DNA from: Thermoplasmata archaeon
GTDB lineage: Archaea; Thermoplasmatota; Thermoplasmata; Thermoplasmatales; ARK-15
Direction: 5' to 3'
Length of the DNA stretch: 64,000 nt
Assembly (NCBI GenBank): GCA_039794005.1
Contig: JBAMMA010000006.1
Location: 1-64,000 of the forward strand
Below the pieces are notes generated by a model that was given only the letters and a program-made list of their open reading frames with translations, was not told the DNA's origin and searched no databases. Numbering within the stretch: the stretch's first letter is position 1; each line of letters starts with the position of its first letter. Positions 39,949 through 49,021 of this stretch are shown piece after piece. The translations under genes were made by a program, and so were the position numbers.

Positions 39949-40901
39949 ATAATTACAAATCTTTTAATTTTTATTTTTAATTTATTTTTATTTATTTCTG
40001 GGAAATTATTTGTTTTTATTATCAGATCACTATTACCCAATCTAGCATTTATTTTATAAAGATTGTATTCGTTTATTATACTTTTTATCTCTATTTCAAT
40101 TCCATCTTCGGATATTTCTATCTCATCAGATTTAAAGGCAACCTTTTTATCTCTTTCGATTCCTAGATATTCATTTAAGGCATTTTCTAAAATTATGTTA
40201 TCAAATCCCAGAAATGATGCCACAAATTCAGAGCCAGGATTATTTTCAATATCTTTAAATTTACCTACCTGAATCAATTTTCCGGAATTTATTATTCCTA
40301 TTCTATCCGACAATAACCTTGCCTCCTCCAATGAATGGGTAACATGAAGCGCTGTAAATTTCATATCTTCATGCAGTTTCTTTAATTCCTCTAGAAACAT
40401 TTCCCTTGTTTTTGGATCGAGACTTACCAATGGTTCATCTAACAAAAGAATGGAAGGATTAATGGCCAATGCCCTTGCCAATGATACCTTTTGCTTTTCA
40501 CCACCGCTCAACTGATATGGATATTTATCAAGAATATTTTCAATTTTTAATTTCTCGATTATATGTTCCACATTTTTATATGCATCATTTTTTGGAACCT
40601 TTCTTATTCTTAGTCCAAATGTTATGTTATCAATCACTTTCATATGATCAAAGAGGGAATAATCCTGGGTTACATAACCGATATTTCTTTTTTCGGGGGG
40701 CAATCTTGTTACATCCCTGTTGTTAATTATTATTCTGCCTGAATCTGGTACGACTATGCCTGTGATTATTTCCAATAACAATGTCTTTCCACTACCTATT
40801 GGACCTAATAGCACGAAATATTCAGATTTATTAATTTTTATATTTATATTTTCAAGATGAAATGATTTTAAATTCAATGATACATTTTCAATTTCTATCA
40901 T
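39939..40901 (-). CDS. wtpC: ABC transporter ATPase (WtpC/ModC-like)
   Basis: Motifs GPIGSGKT, LSGGEKQ, LLLDEP and VTH. Confidence 0.88.
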   Translation of the reverse strand: MIEIENVSLNLKSFHLENINIKINKSEYFVLLGPIGSGKTLLLEIITGIVVPDSGRIIINNRDVTRLPPEKRNIGYVTQDYSLFDHMKVIDNITFGLRIRKVPKNDAYKNVEHIIEKLKIENILDKYPYQLSGGEKQKVSLARALAINPSILLLDEPLVSLDPKTREMFLEELKKLHEDMKFTALHVTHSLEEARLLSDRIGIINSGKLIQVGKFKDIENNPGSEFVASFLGFDNIILENALNEYLGIERDKKVAFKSDEIEISEDGIEIEIKSIINEYNLYKINARLGNSDLIIKTNNFPEINKNKLKIKIKRFVIIHD

Positions 40902-41737
40902 GTTCTAAGCCTCGGAACATAAAACAGTCTTTCCTGTCCCTGTATTATCTTTAAAATTATAAATATTGTAAGAGATATAATTATCAATAGAGATGATATA
41001 CCTACTGCACCCTCGAGTCCTGTAACTTCAAATTGGTTGTATACTTCAACTCCCGCAATGCTCTCATATCCGGGAATTATATATGGTGCAACTATCAATA
41101 TCGCACCTACTTCGCTAACTGCCCTTGACCAGCTCAATATTGCACCTGTTAAAATGCTCCTTGCCGTTTGAGGTAAAACAATTCTAAATATTACTTGTAA
41201 CTGCGAGGCCCCAAGGGTTCTTGCAACTATTTCCATCCTTGGTGGCAGAGATTTTATTGCCTCTTCCATGGTTTTTATGGCATATGTTCCGCTGACAAAA
41301 ATGTATGCCATAACAACTGCGAGAATATTATAACCAAAGGATATACCAAAATAATTAAACAGAATCCCTCCCGGTTCTGATGCAGCAAATACGAAGAGCA
41401 ATCCTATACCGACTACACTGTGTGGTATCATTATCGGTATTTCAACTATTGCATCTAATATCTTTTTCCCCGGAAAACTGAACCTTGATAGAAGGTATGC
41501 AAGAGGAAATCCGAAGAATATTATTATTATTGTTGATATTGTGGCGGCGTAAAGTGTAATTTCAACTGAGTTAATATTCTGTGGTGTTAATAATTGAGTA
41601 AATATTGATGATGGTGAAATTAGGGATAGAATCCTTATTATTGGTAGCAAAATGAATAAAATGAAAATGATTGAAATGATCCAGATTGTTAACCTAAATG
41701 ATTTACTGTAACGCATATCCCCTTTTTTAATATGCAT
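40898..41737 (-). CDS. wtpB: ABC transporter permease (WtpB/ModB-like)
   Basis: PLAYLLSR..FPGK, IPHSVVG, the EAA-like loop ARTLGAS and WSRAVSEVGA. The start may be at MRYSKS. Confidence 0.88.
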   Translation of the reverse strand: MHIKKGDMRYSKSFRLTIWIISIIFILFILLPIIRILSLISPSSIFTQLLTPQNINSVEITLYAATISTIIIIFFGFPLAYLLSRFSFPGKKILDAIVEIPIMIPHSVVGIGLLFVFAASEPGGILFNYFGISFGYNILAVVMAYIFVSGTYAIKTMEEAIKSLPPRMEIVARTLGASQLQVIFRIVLPQTARSILTGAILSWSRAVSEVGAILIVAPYIIPGYESIAGVEVYNQFEVTGLEGAVGISSLLIIISLTIFIILKIIQGQERLFYVPRLRT

Positions 41738-42864
41738 AAAAAAGCATAATAAAATAACAATCTTAATTTTTATCCCTTATAATTCGGATTTAGATGATAA
41801 TTTATATGATTATTCAAATATTTATTTTCTAATCTTGAAAAAATTGTACATTGGCCTGGCATTACAAGATTTATATTGTTAATTAAAAGAGTATTTTTTC
41901 TTTCATTGATTTTATTTAATATCTATGACCTATACGTTCTGACAGGTATCATGATTAAATTTAATACAAAATATTATTCATGAAAATGGAAAGATAAAAT
42001 TGGCAGGAGTTTTTTACAATAATGCCTTTTCCCATCATCTATTTTCTTCCTTTCAATTTTATTATTTTTAAAATTAAATTTTCTAATTGTATTTTTTTGT
42101 ACCTGGGCATCGTTTTAAGCACAATTCATTTTCATGCAATAAAGACATGTATAGTGAATATAAAAACAAAATTCAAAAAATTTTAATCAAATAATATAAA
42201 TGACGAATTTTGGGGAAGCATAAAATCTCTTATATTTTCAATATCATAAGAAATCAATTTTTTATTATATTTTTTGCATAAATAGCATCTTTAAATGAAA
42301 CGTATTTTCCAAAGATTGAAGAAATCGTTTAATTCTCATTGAAAATATTAAAATAAGACAGATTTTATGATTTTATTCCGGTCAGCGTAATTCAGATCTT
42401 TGATCTGGGATAGAACAAAGTGATTAAAAACTATACTTTCTACTTTAAAAATCTCGTGTCATGGATATAAGTTATAAATATTAATTTAAAGGAATACTCG
42501 TTAAAGTTTTCCAATCCAATATCCAGACCTATGTCAGAGTCTAAAAAGATATATCATCCTTGATGTACTTTTCCGTATTCTTAATTCTTTTTTGTTTTTT
42601 TATTTTTATGTCTATTTTTGCTTCTTGTTAAAAAATGGCCAAAAAACACAGAAAATAATAATAGAATCTAACATAAATGGAATGCATAGAGGCATATAAA
42701 ATTTAATTACAGGCTTCGATATTTTTTTAAATATATATTAGCAAATATTATCTTTATGTATTGAAATCCACACCATACATATTCTGAATTTATATAACAT
42801 TTATAAAAGATTATCAATATATTTTTACATTTTGTCTCCTTATTGAATATTGCCAATTAAAAAA

Positions 42865-44094
42865 TTAATTTCTGGAATATATCCATGAAAGAAGAATAGG
42901 TGAAAGAAAAGTTGTACCAATTGTAACAAAAATTGCAGAAGAATAAAGTTCATTGTTTATTATACCGTATAAAAAGGCGTCGTTTGAAAGTATGAGGCCT
43001 ATTTCACCCATAGAAAGGAGACCTGCCCCTATAATTATCGATTCCTTTTTTTTATAATTCAACAACCAAGCAGGAATTGCTGCACCGGATAGTTTTGATA
43101 TGACCGCAATAGCAAAAATTATTAGGGATATTATTAAAACATTGTATATTATATGTATATTTACTAGCATTCCAACAAAGACAAAAAATATTGGTGTAAA
43201 GAAATCCCGGAGACTTTGAGAATATGTCATTAGATTCTCTTTCCCCTCTATACCAGATAGGATTAGACCAAATGCATATGCACCAACTATTATTGTGAGA
43301 TTCAATGAAAGGGATATCAATACGAAAATGAAAAGCAAAAGCATTATGAATGAAAATCTTGTTATCTCATTTTTGAATGTAAAAATCATTTTATTTACAT
43401 ATCTTTTTAATTTAAGACCTATAAACAATGATATGGACCAGAATATGATAACATCGATTATCAAAAAAATTATAGATGTATAACTGAAAATTGTGTTAAT
43501 ACCGGTTATGATTGCAATTAATGTTATGCTTATCACATCCACAATAACTGTGGAGCTCATTATTGCTATACCTTCCCTTGAATTTATTTTTCCCATGTCG
43601 TACAATAGCTTTGCTGTTATTCCGGTGGAACTTGATGTTAGAACGGCACCTATGAACAGGGCCATCGAGACATTATATGTATAAAAATAAATGAATAAAA
43701 AACCAAGAAAGAATGGTAACATAGTTTCTCCAATTGAAATTATTAATGATTTTTCCATTGCCCTTACAAACTTTTCGATATCTGTATTTAAACCTACATG
43801 GAAAAGAAGTAATATAATGCCGATTTCGGCAAATATATAGAACGCCTGTGGTACAGGTATTGTTCCAGACACAGGAGCAAGAAAACCAGAATCTGTTTCT
43901 GGTATCAGGGTAAATCCGATTATTGAAATCGAACCCAGGGCATATGGGCCTATGACTATTCCGGTTATTATTTCACTTACTACCTCTGGAAGATTAAAAT
44001 ATCTTTTCCCTATGGATGAAAAAATCCTGGCAACAAGGAGGCTTACGCTGACCAATATGAGAAAATGGATAATTTCAAAGATAATGTTCATCAT
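42865..44094 (-). CDS. CPA2-family cation:proton antiporter (NapA/KefB-like)
   Basis: P.VVSEI..G..IGP, EIG..LLLF.VGL, PIFFV.VG and GEIGL, with about 12 TM helices. Confidence 0.9.
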   Translation of the reverse strand: MMNIIFEIIHFLILVSVSLLVARIFSSIGKRYFNLPEVVSEIITGIVIGPYALGSISIIGFTLIPETDSGFLAPVSGTIPVPQAFYIFAEIGIILLLFHVGLNTDIEKFVRAMEKSLIISIGETMLPFFLGFLFIYFYTYNVSMALFIGAVLTSSSTGITAKLLYDMGKINSREGIAIMSSTVIVDVISITLIAIITGINTIFSYTSIIFLIIDVIIFWSISLFIGLKLKRYVNKMIFTFKNEITRFSFIMLLLFIFVLISLSLNLTIIVGAYAFGLILSGIEGKENLMTYSQSLRDFFTPIFFVFVGMLVNIHIIYNVLIISLIIFAIAVISKLSGAAIPAWLLNYKKKESIIIGAGLLSMGEIGLILSNDAFLYGIINNELYSSAIFVTIGTTFLSPILLSWIYSRN

Positions 44095-44224
44095 AAATAT
44101 AATGAAAAATAAATAGAAGAATATTTTTTTATAATTAATTTATAAATTAAAATCATTAATATTTATTTATGAATAAGGAAAGTTTATAATTAAAGATTAA
44201 AATGATAAAACATAGGTGGAATGT

Positions 44225-44764
44225 ATGGGGAAGATCCTGGTAGGAGAAGTTATGTCAAGCAATCCTCTTATGATGGAAAAGGATGTTATTTTATTTGACG
44301 CAATAAAAATTTCAGTGAATAAAGGTGCAAGCGCTATAATAGTAACAGACAAAGACATTCCTGTAGGTATCGTTACTGACAGGGATATCATAACAAAGGT
44401 TTTTTACAGGGCTTTGAACCCCTTTGAGATAAAGCTTGAAGATATAATGACAAAACCCATAATAACGATAAGAAAGGATGATCCACTAGAAAAGGCTGCA
44501 ATGATTATAAACAAAAAAAAGATAAGGAAACTTCCAGTGATAGATGATGGAAAGATAGTTGGCCTCCTTTCGGAGAACAACATAGTGAAAATCTCACCCT
44601 ACCTCCTTGTGATTGCTGAAAAAGAGGAGAGCAATGAAAATGAAAAAGAGATTGATGAGGATATATATTATACCGGCATATGCGAGGGGTGTGGGAAGTT
44701 CAGTCATGAACTTAAATACAAAAACGGGATGTTTTTGTGCCCGGATTGCATTAAGGATTATTGA
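44225..44764 (+). CDS. CBS-pair protein with C-terminal Zn ribbon
   Basis: GIVTDRD, DIMTKP, LPVID and C-terminal CEGC...CPDC. Confidence 0.9.
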   Translation: MGKILVGEVMSSNPLMMEKDVILFDAIKISVNKGASAIIVTDKDIPVGIVTDRDIITKVFYRALNPFEIKLEDIMTKPIITIRKDDPLEKAAMIINKKKIRKLPVIDDGKIVGLLSENNIVKISPYLLVIAEKEESNENEKEIDEDIYYTGICEGCGKFSHELKYKNGMFLCPDCIKDY

Positions 44765-44773
44765 GGTGGTAAG

Positions 44774-45448
44774 ATGAAAATTACATGGTTGGGACATGCG
44801 GCTGCGATAATTGAAGGAAAAAAGAGGATACTGGTAGATCCATTCCTAGATGACAATCCATCGTCAAAATTGAAAAAGGATGATGTTAAGGCCGATCTTA
44901 TTTTAGTAACACATGGCCATGGAGATCATCTCGGAGATTCAATATACATATCCAAAAAGTTGAACATACCAATAGTGGCAATATACGAATTGGCGGAATA
45001 TATCTCATCTAAAGGTGCAGAATCAATTGGAATGAACTTTTCTGGTACATTCGATTTTGATGGTGTGAAAATAACTATGGTACCTGCATTGCATTCATCA
45101 GGTATAAGCGAGGACGGTTTTCAACACTCTGGTGGCCTTCCATGTGGATATATTATAAGGGACGAGAAGACAATATACCATGCAGGGGATACTGGGATAT
45201 TTGGGGATATGGAATTAATAGGCAAACTCTATTCACCAGACATATCGTTATTACCGATAGGTGGATTCTTCACCATGGGTGTTGATGAGGCTGTTCTTGC
45301 CGCTAAAATGCTTAGGACTAAATATGTAATCCCTATACACTATAATACCTGGGACCCAATTAGAGCAAATCCGGAAGAATTAAAGAAGAAGTTGTCGGGG
45401 ATTTCAGAAGTGATAATATTAAAACCTGGAGAGACAGCTTCATTTTAA
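44774..45448 (+). CDS. Metallo-beta-lactamase-fold hydrolase (UPF0173)
   Basis: Motifs WLGHA, THGHGDH, YHAGDT and PIHYNTW. Confidence 0.92.
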   Translation: MKITWLGHAAAIIEGKKRILVDPFLDDNPSSKLKKDDVKADLILVTHGHGDHLGDSIYISKKLNIPIVAIYELAEYISSKGAESIGMNFSGTFDFDGVKITMVPALHSSGISEDGFQHSGGLPCGYIIRDEKTIYHAGDTGIFGDMELIGKLYSPDISLLPIGGFFTMGVDEAVLAAKMLRTKYVIPIHYNTWDPIRANPEELKKKLSGISEVIILKPGETASF

Positions 45449-45464
45449 AATTTTTTGATTTTTT

Positions 45465-46361
45465 ATGCTTGAAGTTAAAATATCATCGTTAAAATTGAGA
45501 AATCCCCTCATGTTGGCCAGTGGTATTCTTGATGAGCAAGCAGATTCAATGATCAAAGCCTATGAAATGGGAGCATCTGCTGTGGTGACAAAATCTATAG
45601 GTATTGATGAAAGAGATGGTTATGATAACCCTGTCATTTACGAAACCGATACTGGTCTAATAAATGCGATCGGTCTTGCAAACCCAGGCATTCATAATTT
45701 TAAAGATGAGGTATTAAAGCTAAAAAGTAAAAAAATTCCTGTCATAATGTCAATATTTGGGAAGCCGGATGAATTTATAACACTGGCAAAAAAAGCAGAG
45801 GATTTTGGTGTGGATGCAATAGAATTAAATCTATCCTGCCCACATGTGAAGGGATATGGCTCTGAAATTGGTCAAGACCCTGAAATGGTGGAATATATTG
45901 TTAAAGAAGTGAAGAAAAACGTGAAAATACCTGTTTTCACAAAATTGACCCCCAATGTTACAAATATAGTTGATATAGCAAAATCTGCGGAAAGATCCGA
46001 TGCATTGGTGTTAATAAACACGGTTAAATCCATAGCCATAGATGTATGGTCTAAAAGACCTGTCCTTTCAAACAGATTTGGAGGTTATTCAGGGCCTGGA
46101 ATTAAACCAATAGGTTTAAGGGCTGTTTACGATGTAAGAAAAGAAATGGATATTCCTATCATAGGTGTTGGTGGTATATTAAACTGGAGAGATGCAGTTG
46201 AATACATACTTGCGGGGGCAAATGCGCTTCAGATAGGTACTGCAATATATTACTATGGATGGAATGTATTTAATGATATAAATGAAGGTATTAAAAAATA
46301 CATGGAAAGTGAAGGTTTTAAAAGCATAGATGAATTTTCAGGCTTGGCACAAAAGTGGTAA
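45465..46361 (+). CDS. pyrD: Dihydroorotate dehydrogenase, catalytic subunit (family 1B)
   Basis: Motifs NAIGLANPG, ELNLSCPH, KLTPN and GGYSGPGIKP. Confidence 0.96.
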   Translation: MLEVKISSLKLRNPLMLASGILDEQADSMIKAYEMGASAVVTKSIGIDERDGYDNPVIYETDTGLINAIGLANPGIHNFKDEVLKLKSKKIPVIMSIFGKPDEFITLAKKAEDFGVDAIELNLSCPHVKGYGSEIGQDPEMVEYIVKEVKKNVKIPVFTKLTPNVTNIVDIAKSAERSDALVLINTVKSIAIDVWSKRPVLSNRFGGYSGPGIKPIGLRAVYDVRKEMDIPIIGVGGILNWRDAVEYILAGANALQIGTAIYYYGWNVFNDINEGIKKYMESEGFKSIDEFSGLAQKW

Positions 46362-46363
46362 TA

Positions 46364-47110
46364 ATGTACATGAGGGAAAAAATAATTGAAAGGGTTAGAG
46401 AAAGCGAACATGTTTATACACTAAAATTTAAAAGTGAAATGAAGGTGAAACCAGGACAGTTTGCAATGGTATGGTTACCGGGCGTTGATGAAATTCCTCT
46501 GAGTTTTTCATATGTGGATGAAATAAAGGGATTTACATTCAAGGTAGTTGGAAATGGAACAAGAGAACTTAGCAAATATGATGTGGATGATTACATCATA
46601 TTTCGAGGACCTTATGGAAATTGGTACTATGATGATGGTGAAAAAGCCTTATTTATAGCTGGAGGTACGGGAATAGCTTCAATTGCACCATTCATTGAAA
46701 AATCTAATGCCAAAAAAAAGTTTGCAATATTGGGAGCAAAATCAAAAGGTGAAATATTTTTCTATAATAGAATAAAAAATAGTGTGGATGATATTCTTGT
46801 ATTTACAGAAGATGGATCATTCGGTGAAAAGGGGATTGTTACGGACGGTCTTTCAAGATTCGATTATGACATTATTTATGCATGCGGACCTGAAAAAATG
46901 GTTAAAAACATATTAAGTAAAAAACAAATCAAAATGCAGGCAAGTCTCGAAAGGTTGATGAAATGCGGTATAGGGATATGCGATTCTTGCTCTATAAATG
47001 GATATAGAGTATGCAAAGATGGACCAGTATTCAGCTATGATATACTAATAAACATGGAAGACCTTGGAAATATAAATAGGTCGGCATCTGGAAAAATTGT
47101 AAAAATGTGA
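46364..47110 (+). CDS. pyrK: Dihydroorotate dehydrogenase electron-transfer subunit
   Basis: PGQFAM, GPYGN, GGTGIA, CGP and MKCGIGICDSC...CKDGPVF. Confidence 0.95.
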   Translation: MYMREKIIERVRESEHVYTLKFKSEMKVKPGQFAMVWLPGVDEIPLSFSYVDEIKGFTFKVVGNGTRELSKYDVDDYIIFRGPYGNWYYDDGEKALFIAGGTGIASIAPFIEKSNAKKKFAILGAKSKGEIFFYNRIKNSVDDILVFTEDGSFGEKGIVTDGLSRFDYDIIYACGPEKMVKNILSKKQIKMQASLERLMKCGIGICDSCSINGYRVCKDGPVFSYDILINMEDLGNINRSASGKIVKM

Positions 47111-47115
47111 TTTAA

Positions 47116-47922
47116 ATGAATGCATATTTTAAAATAATCAGGCCTGTAAATTCATTCATGTCCGCATTCTCAGTTATTGTTTTATCCATTTCAATAGGAA
47201 AAATTGATTTTATAAAAATATTATTTGGTATGTTAGTTACATTTCTTACAACATCTGGTGGTAATGTTATAAATGATTATTTTGATTATGAAATAGACAA
47301 AATAAACCATCCGGAGAGACCCATTCCCTCTGGAAAGATTGATAGAAATCATGCCCTATACTATTCAATTTTACTTTTTATTTTAAGCGTTATATTTTCG
47401 ATATTTCTGGGAATAATACCTTTAATAATAGATGTGATTGCTATTTTATTGTTGATAACATATGAATATAAAACAAAAAATGTTGGTTTCATAGGGAATT
47501 TACAAATTTCATTCTTAATATTCATGTTGTTTCTCTTTACAGGTTCAATATATTCAGAATATATTTTACCGTCCCTGCTAGGTGTTATGGCAATGTTTTC
47601 AAATCTTGCAAGGGAAATAACAAAAGATGTTGAGGACGTTGAGGGAGATATAAACAGAGTAACGTTACCTAAGAGGATTGGAATAAAAAAATCGCTTTGG
47701 ACATCCACAATTTTTGTTTTATTATCTGTTTCATTATCACCCCTACCATACTTCTTAAAATTCTATAATATTTATTATATTATAATAGTATCAATTGCAG
47801 ATGCTATATTTTTATATTCTTCTTACATACAATGGAAAGATCAAAGGAAAGGTCAAAAATATTTGAAATTGGCAATGATAATTGCCTTGATCTCATTCCT
47901 CATCGGAGGTCTGTTTAGATGA
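47116..47922 (+). CDS. Digeranylgeranylglyceryl phosphate synthase (UbiA family)
   Basis: NDYFDYEIDKINHPERPIPSG and REITKDVEDVEGD. Adjacent to GGGPS. Confidence 0.92.
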   Translation: MNAYFKIIRPVNSFMSAFSVIVLSISIGKIDFIKILFGMLVTFLTTSGGNVINDYFDYEIDKINHPERPIPSGKIDRNHALYYSILLFILSVIFSIFLGIIPLIIDVIAILLLITYEYKTKNVGFIGNLQISFLIFMLFLFTGSIYSEYILPSLLGVMAMFSNLAREITKDVEDVEGDINRVTLPKRIGIKKSLWTSTIFVLLSVSLSPLPYFLKFYNIYYIIIVSIADAIFLYSSYIQWKDQRKGQKYLKLAMIIALISFLIGGLFR

Positions 47923-48665
47923 ATGTTGAAAAATATTTGATTGAAAAAATAAAGAATGAAAAAGTGCACCTCACATTAATAGATCCCGCTAAACAGAGCC
48001 CTGAGAAGGCTGGAGAAATTGCAAAAAATATAGAAAAATCCGGGTCTGACGGAATAATGATCGGTGGCTCAACACATATTACAAATGATTTAATGGACAA
48101 CACAATATTAAAAATCAAGGAAAATTCATCACTTCCGGTTATAATTTTCCCAAGCGGAGTAAGCAGTATTTCAAAACATGCTGACGCTATATTTTTCATG
48201 AGCATGTTGAATTCATCATCCAGGGAATTTTTAATAGAGCATCAGGTTATGGCATCTAAGCCGATTAAAGATATGAAGATAGAACCAATATCAATGGCCT
48301 ATCTGGTTGTTGAACCCGGTATGACTGTTGGAAAAGTAGGAAGGGCAATTTTAATAAAAAGGGATGACATAAGAACAGCAGTTTCATATGCTTTGGCCGC
48401 CCAGTTCCTAGGATTCCACTTTGTTTATTTGGAGGCTGGTTCTGGTGCACCTGATCCTGTAAGCGAGGAAATGGTAAAGGCTGTTAAAAGCGAAATAGAC
48501 ATTCCCCTGATAGTTGGTGGGGGTATAAGAACACCCGAAAAGGCAAAAAGTATTGCCTCATCCGGGGCCGATATAATAGTTACGGGCACACTCGTTGAAA
48601 AGCATCAAAATTACGGGGAAATCATAGAATCGATAGTTAAAAGCATAAAAAATATTAAATATTAA
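47919..48665 (+). CDS. Geranylgeranylglyceryl phosphate synthase
   Basis: Motifs TLIDP, MIGGS, YLEAGSGA, VGGGIR and IVTG. Confidence 0.95.
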   Translation: MNVEKYLIEKIKNEKVHLTLIDPAKQSPEKAGEIAKNIEKSGSDGIMIGGSTHITNDLMDNTILKIKENSSLPVIIFPSGVSSISKHADAIFFMSMLNSSSREFLIEHQVMASKPIKDMKIEPISMAYLVVEPGMTVGKVGRAILIKRDDIRTAVSYALAAQFLGFHFVYLEAGSGAPDPVSEEMVKAVKSEIDIPLIVGGGIRTPEKAKSIASSGADIIVTGTLVEKHQNYGEIIESIVKSIKNIKY

Positions 48666-48685
48666 AATGATTATATTCATTTTGA

Positions 48686-49009
48686 ATGCTTATTAAAGAC
48701 AAGAATAATAAGGATGCAGAAAATACAGATTTATCTCTATCAATACTCTATGATAAAGAGAAGAATATTGAGAACGAAATAAAGGAGATATCTCTGGAAA
48801 TTACAAAAATAAAGAATGATCTGACAGAAATCAAAAAATCGCTCGGTATTCTGCAGAACAGTCTTTCCACTTTAAATGTTATATCCACAAAAATAAGCTC
48901 AATTGAATTCACTTTGAATGATAAACTTGATAAAAAAACGGATGAAATCGTATCAACCATATTAACGACAATTCCGGAAAAAAAAGAAAGAAAGAAAAAA
49001 AATTTATAA
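48686..49009 (+). CDS. Small coiled-coil hypothetical protein with a basic C-terminal tail
   Basis: Heptad pattern across most of its 107 aa, ending in KKERKKKNL. Lies immediately upstream of the ATPase. Confidence 0.65.
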   Translation: MLIKDKNNKDAENTDLSLSILYDKEKNIENEIKEISLEITKIKNDLTEIKKSLGILQNSLSTLNVISTKISSIEFTLNDKLDKKTDEIVSTILTTIPEKKERKKKNL

Positions 49010-49021
49010 TGGTTGATTGAA

